Of a stretch of DNA of 64,000 nt, positions 54,382-62,672 are shown in pieces. The notes under the pieces were generated by a model. The model had not been told where the DNA came from. It did no database searches and worked only from the letters and a program-made list of their open reading frames with translations. This DNA comes from Basidiobolus meristosporus CBS 931.73 (taxonomy: Eukaryota; Fungi; Basidiobolomycota), in contig MCFE01000120.1 of NCBI GenBank assembly GCA_002104905.1, positions 97,999-161,998 of the forward strand. Direction: 5' to 3'. The translations under genes were made by a program, and so were the position numbers. Positions within the stretch are counted from its first letter, which is position 1. Every line of letters starts with the position of its first letter.

Positions 54382-55489
54382 CGTTTGAGAGTTCTTGAGA
54401 TTGTAGAAGCTGGAGCTGAATGATTCCTCCCAGCAACAGGTGTGCTGTTTATATAGTCGGCGATACGACTTTGGTTGGTGTATTTCATGTTGTAAGCGTT
54501 AACGAAGTTGTATAACAAGCTCCGGTTTCATATTAAGGTGTAGTTCGCCATATGACTCAATCCCAGCTCCAACCAGTAGTGAAACATTATCCTGTCGTCC
54601 AATCAAGCAGTTTGGCCTGCTCTAAATTAGTTGTCAAATGTGGTTTGGTTCTGGAAAGAATACCGACATGTATCAACATCTTAGAGGGACGCTAATAACA
54701 CTTCAAAGGCAGCATCAAAGAATCAGTTGCTTGAACTAACGGATCGACTTGGCGCATGAAAAGCACCAGCCGGGGTATATAATAATCATTTGCTCAGTAG
54801 ATACTTCTACTACTACTAGTGGAAGCTTTCATATCATGGCAGGCCTCCATACTCCTAGCCTCCGTTCATAAACCACCTCATACTGATGTGACAAATGGTC
54901 TGCCAGACTACCAATCAAACTCCAACTATGCCTTGAGCTTGTAGAATTGAATTATTGGACATTTCCTCACAAGGGAGGCTTACTTCAGGACTGAAGGTCA
55001 TACTAACAATGGCAACCCGTAAATTTTGTCTTAGGCCTTAAAAGACAACTTACCCCATATGTGGATGCTGAAAGTCATCCTAAGTGAGTAGTTGTGATGG
55101 TCCAGACAGCCGTGTAAGTGCTTAGGGCACCTTGGTAAGCACAAAGGTTAGACTTATTGAAATTTTAACAGACCATATCTCAAGGGGGCTAGTCGTGACT
55201 TGGATGCAGTCTGTATGTTAGGCAGGACTAGCAAGAATAGCCTTACAGGACCTTCAGAGTGACTCAACGAATAGCCATGAACTTCAGCAGCATACCACAC
55301 AGGTATCAGCAAAATCATTCCCCGGTAAAGTTGAAACTCTCAAAAATCAAGCAGACCCATGTGTTAGTTCCTGGTACTTCCTCATAGCTTTACTAGTCTT
55401 TTAAATTTTGCAACGCTAATAGTCAGAATGAGTTGAGTGGCTTCTTTGAATATAACATTGAGCATTTGGAGTATTTAGACCTCTGTTGA

Positions 55490-55775
55490 TGTTGTAAATA
55501 TTTAGTTCACGCCTTAACCACTCATATACCTTATGATTCTATTTTGCTTATTGCTAAATTACGAGTTATTTACTGAAGATTTAGTTGGCGAATTCATAAA
55601 ATTAGCGAAGGCCGGGAAGTAATCAAGCTTTTCAAACTCGTCCAAAAGCCATCAATTTTACAATGTTTCCCTCAGTGTAAAAACTTTATTTGAACTCAAT
55701 AAAACAATAACTGAATATCATGCAATTCCCCTAATTCTCCGAATCACTTTCAACACTCTCAAGAGTCTTACAACA
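55490..55775 (+). mobile_element. Ancient solo LTR related to copia family A
   Basis: TGTTGTAA...AAGAGTCTTACAACA termini; last ~100 nt align loosely to inverted LTR A; no TSD. Confidence 0.5.
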
Positions 55776-56316
55776 GAGGACGTCTACAACATTGCCAAGG
55801 TTCAAGTGCCAAGTGGATAAGGGAAACATTCTTCCCAAGTTTGAATATGGCAATATATGAGAATTACATGAATTTCCAAGTCTGCAATGTATTAGACACC
55901 TATAGGCCATAATAACCATGAAAGGTCTACTTAACTTCAATATTCTAGATTTTGAGCACTTCAGTTGTTGGCTATGGAGATGACAAAACATGAAGGTATG
56001 CCAAGTAATTCACAGTTCTATAGACATGGAGTAAGGGTTGTGTTTACATGGCCATTGTGTCTTACGTAGATAAATTGCCGTTTGACCAGCAAAATTTGAA
56101 ACGTCGAGTATATCACATTGTCTATCTTTTTAATGCAAGGCTTATGCTAGGATACAAATATACGAGTATTAAACGTGATGCTGATTGCTAGAGTTGAGGT
56201 ACAACGGTGGTTCAAAGTGGTGTTGATTACCCTCAATATTAAGAGGGATGGTTATTGGCATTAGAGGTGAAGGATTGCTTCTAGTTATGTTAGTATTTCA
56301 CCATAAGTTGAAGGAA

Positions 56317-57047
56317 TTAATGCTGGTGTATGTTGGAAAGCTTCTTGGCTATGATACTACCGATTTCAGCGATTGGTGTGGGCCTGTCCATTTGACGGTG
56401 TTGACAGTGAATATCGTACACCTCAATATCACCAAGAACGTGTGACTTTCACAGCTCTGCAGTGATCAGCGGGATGGCTTCGTGCTCGGGAATTGTAGCA
56501 CGAAAGAAGAGCACGTCGCTGCTAACGGTGAGTGGAGTAAAGTTCTTGACAAGCTTAAGATTATTTGTGATCACGCATTCGGTTTTTTCCCATAAATATT
56601 CACCCGCATTCGGCACACCAGAAGAGAGGTGCAAGCTTTCCTTTGGGTTTGATAGGGAAAAAAACCGAGTATGAGTCATGCGGATTATGGTCTAATTTAA
56701 GTAGGAGTTGCGCAAGTTCAGCAACTGTAGTTGCTTCAAATAGTATGCGCAATGGAAGCTCAGCAAGTAGTGTGGCGTGAATACAACTAGTCATTTGCAC
56801 TGCTAACAAGGAGTATCCGCCTAGTGCGAAGAAATTATCATGGCGACCGATTCGTTCGATATTCAGCAGCTCTGACCAGATTCCTGCTAGAGTGCACTCC
56901 ATTGCACCTTGCGAAGCCTCATATGCCTGAAGTGCGAAAGCATTATGGTGGGGGGATGGTAGTGCCTGCTGATCAATCTTGCTGTTAGGAGTTAGTGGCA
57001 GCTCATCTAAGCGCACAAAGGCAGATGGCGTCATGTATTCAGGTAGC
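56317..57047 (-). pseudogene. NRPS 3' fragment: end of A domain, T (PCP) domain and internally deleted thioesterase
   Basis: LPEYMTPSAF..LPLTPNSKID, DNFFALGGYSLL, VLFFRA..EL*(W)..DIEVYDIHCQH; premature stop, frameshift, GxSxG region missing; 5' part replaced by TTAGGG. Confidence 0.88.
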
Positions 57048-57061
57048 TTAGGGTTAAGGTT
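57048..57061 (+). repeat. Telomeric repeat TTAGGG TTAAGG TT at the NRPS breakpoint
   Basis: Direct sequence. Confidence 0.75.
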
Positions 57062-57169
57062 CTAAATTCTGTTATTGAATCAGATTAAGTATTGTAATAC
57101 CATTTCAACTTGATTCAAGTTGAATAGTGCAAATTGCACAAAGTAGTTATATCTATAGTAATGTGAAGG

Positions 57170-57181
57170 TTAGGGTTAGGG
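57170..57181 (+). repeat. (TTAGGG)2 at the 3' junction of LINE copy 1
   Basis: Direct sequence. Confidence 0.85.
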
Positions 57182-58011
57182 GGGTAGCAAGAGGGGTAAG
57201 AATGATTTGTGAACAACATTAATGAGGGGAATATGTTAAGGATTGATATTCATCATAAAGGGAGTGTGCTGCTTCAGATATTGCTGCCAAAGGTCTGTCA
57301 AGTACTTAAGGTATGCCAGTTTGGGTTTTTCTGACTGCAGAATATAATGAGCAAACTTCTTGATTTCAGGATCTCCAAGTATAGCTCTCTAGCAGGAGCC
57401 AGGTGTAGTGCGGTGTGTTCTCTTCCAGGTGTCAATCAGTGGGTTGTTGCAGTGGTGAAGTCTGAGATATAATCTGGTTCTAAAGTAGAGAAGTCTGATC
57501 TTATATGGCATAAACCCAAAAGCACCAAGAATAGCATGTCTGTAGGGGCATTCAGGCAGATGAGGCACCAAGGAGGTAATACACTAGACTGCAAACTTGT
57601 CAAGCTTGGAGCAGTCTCTAGAAGTAAGAGAGAGAAGTGGTAAGCCAAATTTCAGGACAGGGAAGACAAACCGGTTGAGTAGAAGGAGGCAGCTGGGAGC
57701 TGAAGCTGTTGGAGGAATAACAGCCAGTAGCTTGTGGAGTGCTTGTCTTGCCAGGATAATTCTCTTCTTCAGGTGTGCTCCAGAGTCTAGTCCAGTAGGA
57801 GGGAAAGGAAAGCCAAGATATGTAGCAGAAACCTGAGCAGGTAGAGTGCAGTACTCCAAGCTGATAGGACAACCCAAAGGTACTGTTTTTGCAATTGAAA
57901 GATAGAGATTATTCTTCTGCAGATACTGGTGGATGGTCTGGGAGTCTTGTTGCACATTGGAGGAGGATATTCTGATGTCATCAGCAAAGAGGGTAGCCAG
58001 GCAGTCAGCTG
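57179..58011 (-). mobile_element. LINE copy 1, truncated at both ends (RT C-terminal part), about 90% identical by eye to copy 2
   Basis: Aligns to 58203-59035; contains FADD; one W-to-TAG stop at 57389. Confidence 0.92.
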
Positions 58012-58037
58012 GGTTAGGGTTAGGGTTAGGGTTAGGG
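58012..58037 (+). repeat. GG(TTAGGG)4 between LINE copies 1 and 2
   Basis: Direct sequence. Confidence 0.95.
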
Positions 58038-58094
58038 GGGAGACAGTCACCAACAGGTGAAATCTTTATTTCAGTTGAAACAAAGAAGCCAGCG

Positions 58095-60863
58095 CTACTG
58101 TTGTAGCTTTGATACAAGAGTGTGTAGCTGAGGGGAATTTGTAGGTAAGTTAATAAGAAGTGATGATAGTTCTTCAGTGCTCAAGACACTGTTCAGTGGG
58201 AAGGGGGGTAGCAAGAGAGGTAAGAATGACTTGTGAACAACATTAATGAGGGGAATGTGATAAGGATTGATATTCATCATAAAGGGAGTGTGCTGCTGCA
58301 GATATTGCTGCCAAAGGTCTGTCAAGTACTTCAGGTAGGCCAGCTTGGGTTTTTCTGACTGCAGAATAAATTCAGCAAACTTCTTGACTTCAGGATCTCC
58401 AAGAATAGTTCTCCAGCAGGAGCCAGGTGCTGTGTGGTGTGTTCTCTTCCAGGCCTTAATCAGTGGGTTGTTGCAGTTGTGAAGTCTGAGGTATAATCTG
58501 GTTCTAAGGTAGAGAAGTCTGATCTTATAGGGCATAAACCCAAAAGCACCAAGAATAGCATGTCTGTAGGGGCATTCAGGCAAATGAGGCACCAAGGAGG
58601 TAATGCACCATACTGCAAACTTGTCAAGCTTAGTGCAGTCTCTAGAAGTAAGAGAGAGAAGTGGTAAGCCAAATTCCAGGACAGGGAAGACAAACTGCTT
58701 GAGTAGAAGGAGGCAGCTGGGAGCTGAAGTTGTAGGAGGAGTAACAGCCAGTAGCTTGTGGAGTGCCTGTCTTGCTAGGATAATTCTCTTCTTGAGGTGT
58801 GCTCCAGAATCTAATCCAGTAGGAAGGAAAGGAAAGCCAAGATATGTTGCCGAAACCTGAGCAGGTAGAGTGGAGTTCTCCAAGTTGATGGGAGAGCCCA
58901 AAGGTACTGTCTTTGCAATGGAAAGCTGGAGATTATTCTTCTGCAGATACTGGTGGATGGTCTGGGAGTCTTGTTGCACATTGGAGGAGGATATTCTGAT
59001 GTCATCAGCAAAGAGAGTAACCAGGCAGTCAGCTGAGAGTCTTGGGAAATCATTCAGGAAGATGGCAAACAGTATAGGACCAAGCACAGAGCCTTGAACC
59101 ACTCCATTAGGAACTGAGAACACTGGTGATTGCTCACTTGGGTGCAGAATTTTTGCTTGTGGATCCAGAAACAGAGACCTGACAAGGAGGGTGAGAGAGG
59201 TACTGGAGAAGCATTGCAACTTGGACCAAAGCAGATTTCTGTCAACTGAATCAAAGGCCTTAGTAATATCAAACAGAACTGAGGGATACTTGCACTGGAG
59301 AGAGTGATCTTGGCTAAGTATGACTGCATATTCCAAGGAGAGGCCAGGAACAAAGCCAAACTGTGCAGGATGAAGCTTGAGGGAGTCAGAGTAGAGCTCC
59401 TGAGCAAGCAGAAGCTCAAACACCTTTCTGCAGGTGGGCAGCAGAGATATTGGCCTGTAGGAGCTAGGATCCAGGTGCTTTCCTTTACCCTTGTACAGTG
59501 GCAGAACATTTGCAAAGGACCATTCCTCAGGAGTAGAAAGCTGGGCTGAGCATTGCTGAAGCAGTGGAAGCAGAAGTGCAGACATGGCCTTGGTACTAGT
59601 CTTCAGAAGCTCATAAGAGATTGTGTCCACACCTGGAGCAGTAGAGTTGGGAAGCCTCTTGAGCACATTATGGATTCTCCTTTGATCAAGTGCAAGTGGG
59701 ATGGGCAGAGTCTTGAAGTCAGGATGAAAGCCAGGAGTTGAGTACTGCTTTGTAGAGAAGAAGATGTTAGCCAGCTGCTCTGTTGAAGGTAACTTCCTGG
59801 AAGAGGGCCTCATTGCCCTGTAGAGTCTTGATACTGTTCTTGTTATAGAGTTGGAAGATTGCAGAGGCAAGGAACTCATAATATGATCCCAGAGCTGAGT
59901 ATGCAGAGTGTGGTGAATTGCCTTGGAGTGGTGTATTGCTGTCAGGAGGAGTTTCTCTGTTTTTGGGTTAGGGAAACTCAGGTAGCTTTGTTGCAGGGCT
60001 GAAACAATGGATTCCCATTTTCTTGAGGTAACAGCAGTAGTCTTGCATGGCAGTGAGAGGGAGGCAGACACCAGAATCAGATGCTTCACAAAGAGCCAGG
60101 CATAGTTGAGATCATCTGGCAGAGAAAGCAGCAAACTGGCAAGCTTCAAGTAGTTCCCAAAGTCTTTCTTCTGATTCTTGGTAGCTTTGTGGGTGAGCAC
60201 AGTAAGTTTTGGCAGCTTCTTCTTCACAACTGGTTGCATAGAAAGGGACCAGGCTGGGTGGTCAGAGGCTCTCAAGGATCCTAGCTCAGCTCCAGAGAAT
60301 TGCTTAACTTCATTCACAAAGTAGAGGGCAGCAGCAGAAGGGCAGATCCAGTCAACACATCTTTTCTCAGATTGAGCACCTAGTGCTAGCAGATGGCTTT
60401 CTCTCAGGAAGTTCAGTAGGAATGTAGACCTTGGCTTCATTCTTGCAGTTAGAGTAGTCTTGTTCTCAGGATGGGGAATGTTGAGATCTCCAAGCAAGAT
60501 AATAGGTGTTGATATAGATTGCTGGTATTGCTGAACTTTCTGGCATATAACTTGCACTTCCTGAAGGGCAAGACTTGGAGGCAGATAGCAGAGCACCAGA
60601 CTGATAGTTGGCAACTGGAGAGCAGCACAGTAAGGGGAGTAAAGAGGAACACAGAGCTGAGGAGTATTGATGGTAGAAGAGATGAAGCAGATAGAGGAGG
60701 TATTCTTTGTTCTAGGAGTAGAAAAGCAATATAGATTAGTCAAAAGTATAGAGGGTGGCTGGACATCAATCAAACACAGGAGGGAAAATCTTGAAAGAAG
60801 TCTCTCTAGAGTTGGTCTTGATGGCTGTATGCTGTTGCAGTTAAGCAACAGAACTTCAGGTAG
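58095..60863 (-). CDS. ORF2: APE endonuclease plus reverse transcriptase; no initiating ATG, in frame with ORF1
   Basis: EN: LLNCNS, YLPP, GDLN, VDW, SDH. RT: YRPISLL, QFGF, FDITKAFDSV, GVVQGSVLGP, FADD, YLG. Confidence 0.93.
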   Translation of the reverse strand, partial: LPEVLLLNCNSIQPSRPTLERLLSRFSLLCLIDVQPPSILLTNLYCFSTPRTKNTSSICFISSTINTPQLCVPLYSPYCAALQLPTISLVLCYLPPSLALQEVQVICQKVQQYQQSISTPIILLGDLNIPHPENKTTLTARMKPRSTFLLNFLRESHLLALGAQSEKRCVDWICPSAAALYFVNEVKQFSGAELGSLRASDHPAWSLSMQPVVKKKLPKLTVLTHKATKNQKKDFGNYLKLASLLLSLPDDLNYAWLFVKHLILVSASLSLPCKTTAVTSRKWESIVSALQQSYLSFPNPKTEKLLLTAIHHSKAIHHTLHTQLWDHIMSSLPLQSSNSITRTVSRLYRAMRPSSRKLPSTEQLANIFFSTKQYSTPGFHPDFKTLPIPLALDQRRIHNVLKRLPNSTAPGVDTISYELLKTSTKAMSALLLPLLQQCSAQLSTPEEWSFANVLPLYKGKGKHLDPSSYRPISLLPTCRKVFELLLAQELYSDSLKLHPAQFGFVPGLSLEYAVILSQDHSLQCKYPSVLFDITKAFDSVDRNLLWSKLQCFSSTSLTLLVRSLFLDPQAKILHPSEQSPVFSVPNGVVQGSVLGPILFAIFLNDFPRLSADCLVTLFADDIRISSSNVQQDSQTIHQYLQKNNLQLSIAKTVPLGSPINLENSTLPAQVSATYLGFPFLPTGLDSGAHLKKRIILARQALHKLLAVTPPTTSAPSCLLLLKQFVFPVLEFGLPLLSLTSRDCTKLDKFAVWCITSLVPHLPECPYRHAILGAFGFMPYKIRLLYLRTRLYLRLHNCNNPLIKAWKRTHHTAPGSCWRTILGDPEVKKFAEFILQSEKPKLAYLKYLTDLWQQYLQQHTPFMMNINPYHIPLINVVHKSFLPLLLPPFPLNSVLSTEELSSLLINLPTNSPQLHTLVSKLQQ

Positions 60864-62372
60864 TCAGGCAGAGGTTGTAGCTTCTTCAGAGGCAGCATTG
60901 ACAATGTGACCTGCAGAGTCCCAGAGCTCTTCAAATGGTGCATCACTTAAGTCAGCAAGGAGGGAAATGGCATGGTTCTTGAGGAAGTATGCCACATCAT
61001 AGGAGGGGGCTTGTCTCTTGATGGCAGCAAAGAAAGACAGAATGGCAACATGGGCTGGAGGCTTGTTGAACAGTAGAGAGTCAGAGGATTCAGATTCTTC
61101 AGGCACTATCTTGAAGTCAGTTTTCAGCCAGTTAAGGTTCTTCTCCACAAAGGCAACAAATGGGTCAGCAATGTTTTGGTCTAGGATAACCTCCAGAATC
61201 TTCCCTTTTCTCCAGGCCAGGTTGACAATTCTTGAGAGCTGAATATTGCATGCCTTGAGTGCTCTCCTGATGTTGGAAATGGGAGTCCAGGGAACTTGCT
61301 TCAAGTACACCACAGTCCAGGTAGAAGCTGGTGGTAGGTTTGCTGGGGGCTTGTAAGTTCTTCTGTGTGGCAATGGAGCTGCAGTAGTCAGATTGGAGTC
61401 CACATTCTCAGTAGAGGGTTTTCTTGATGTGTCTTGCTGAATGGTACTGGAGCTGGATGTGCTGATAATTCTTGCTAGAACCTTGCCTGCATAAGTCTGA
61501 GGTATAGCTGAGGTGACTCTAGAGGTGGTGGCAGCTGGTGCAGGTGGAGAGGCAGAAACTGAAGCTGGAACTGAGGTCACCTGGGAGAAGGCAGTAGAAG
61601 CAGGTTTTCTGGGAGGAACAGAGTTCACTATCCAGTTGTTCTGTAAAACACTGGAGTAGCTTTTCAGTGGAACAGGATCTTGCTCTTGAACAGGAACAGA
61701 AGCAGGAGGCTGGGGCTGAGCAGTAGTGGTAAGGCAGTGGCACTCCAAGGAAGCTTTTTGCAAGGCATCTCTGGCAGTCTTCAGGGCAGTATTAGCTTCA
61801 TTCTTGAGCTTCTTGCATTGGGCATCCAGTCTCTTGTTTTCAATAGCCAGGGCAGTATTGGCAGCCTCTAAATCAGCAATTCTCTTCTCAATTGCAAGGA
61901 ATCTCTGAAGAAATGCATCAGTAGAAGTGCCGGCATCTGGGAGAGCAGTGGCAGGAATAGAGTCCATTGACAGTGGGCTTCTTGAAGGCAAGGAAAGTGG
62001 ACTGGCAGATTCAGGCACAAAAGGAGATATCCTGGCAGGAGGAGAAGGAGTATCCAAGGCAGTAACAGAGGCAATTCTTGTTGGTGAAGCAGCAGCAGGG
62101 GAGGCAAGCCTGTTCAGAAACTGGGCAGGAGAGAGTGCTTGAGGAGAGGGAGTCTTCAGCTTGCCAAGCATGTCTTCCATCAGAGTGATACCAATATTCC
62201 TGGTGCATTTGCAGAGAAAAGTAAGCTTCCTGAGTCTGCCAGCTCTTCCATTCCTTCTGATGGTTCCTTTGTTTCCACAGTTGGGGCAAGAAATCTTCTT
62301 GACAGACTTGTCAAAGCAATCAAGAACCTTCCTTTCAGGTATAGTGGGCTCCTGTTGAGGTTTTGGTGGCAT
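60864..62372 (-). CDS. ORF1 (502 aa): N-terminal Zn-ribbon-like motif, coiled coil, Pro/Ser/Ala-rich linkers, C-terminal globular (possibly RRM-like) domain
   Basis: CPNCG-x20-CKC; heptad segment IEKRIADLEAANTALAIENKRL; ATG at 62372. Confidence 0.85.
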   Translation of the reverse strand: MPPKPQQEPTIPERKVLDCFDKSVKKISCPNCGNKGTIRRNGRAGRLRKLTFLCKCTRNIGITLMEDMLGKLKTPSPQALSPAQFLNRLASPAAASPTRIASVTALDTPSPPARISPFVPESASPLSLPSRSPLSMDSIPATALPDAGTSTDAFLQRFLAIEKRIADLEAANTALAIENKRLDAQCKKLKNEANTALKTARDALQKASLECHCLTTTAQPQPPASVPVQEQDPVPLKSYSSVLQNNWIVNSVPPRKPASTAFSQVTSVPASVSASPPAPAATTSRVTSAIPQTYAGKVLARIISTSSSSTIQQDTSRKPSTENVDSNLTTAAPLPHRRTYKPPANLPPASTWTVVYLKQVPWTPISNIRRALKACNIQLSRIVNLAWRKGKILEVILDQNIADPFVAFVEKNLNWLKTDFKIVPEESESSDSLLFNKPPAHVAILSFFAAIKRQAPSYDVAYFLKNHAISLLADLSDAPFEELWDSAGHIVNAASEEATTSA

Positions 62373-62441
62373 ATCCAGAGTTTCAGCTTCAAATTTCAAT
62401 TTTTGAGATTTTTGGGTGATTTTTGATGGGCGGGATCAAAA

Positions 62442-62455
62442 TTAGGGTTAGGGTT
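62442..62455 (+). repeat. (TTAGGG)2TT just upstream of ORF1 of LINE copy 2
   Basis: Direct sequence. Confidence 0.85.
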
Positions 62456-62499
62456 GCGTGCTGTGACTGCTTTTTACGATCGCAAGGTCAGAACCTAGG

Positions 62500-62656
62500 A
62501 AAAAATAAAAATAGTTAGTAAAGGTGATTTAATGGATGGATGGATGGATTTGGAGTCAGATTCAATCAAAAAATCAAATCGTTGACTAATTTAAAGAGGA
62601 AAAAATAAAAATAGTTAGTAAAGGTGATTTAAAAAAATAAAAATAGTTAGTAAAGG
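62500..62656 (+). repeat. Three copies of AAAAAATAAAAATAGTTAGTAAAGG plus (ATGG)4
   Basis: Copies start at about 62500, 62600 and 62632. Confidence 0.85.
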
Positions 62657-62672
62657 TTAGGGTAGGGGAGGG
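62657..62672 (+). repeat. TTAGGG TAGGGG AGGG at the 3' junction of LINE copy 3
   Basis: Direct sequence. Confidence 0.75.

Larger units (their letters stand above)
58035..62441 (-). mobile_element. LINE copy 2: apparently full-length telomere-associated APE-RT non-LTR retrotransposon
   Basis: Intact ORF1 and ORF2; short UTRs; TTAGGG at both ends; no poly(A) tail and no TSD seen. Confidence 0.93.

Noticed and set aside
57584-58117. 177-aa ORF containing PNPNPNPNP
   Set aside because: Artefact of reading through the 3' UTR of copy 2, the (CCCTAA)4 tract and the truncated RT of copy 1
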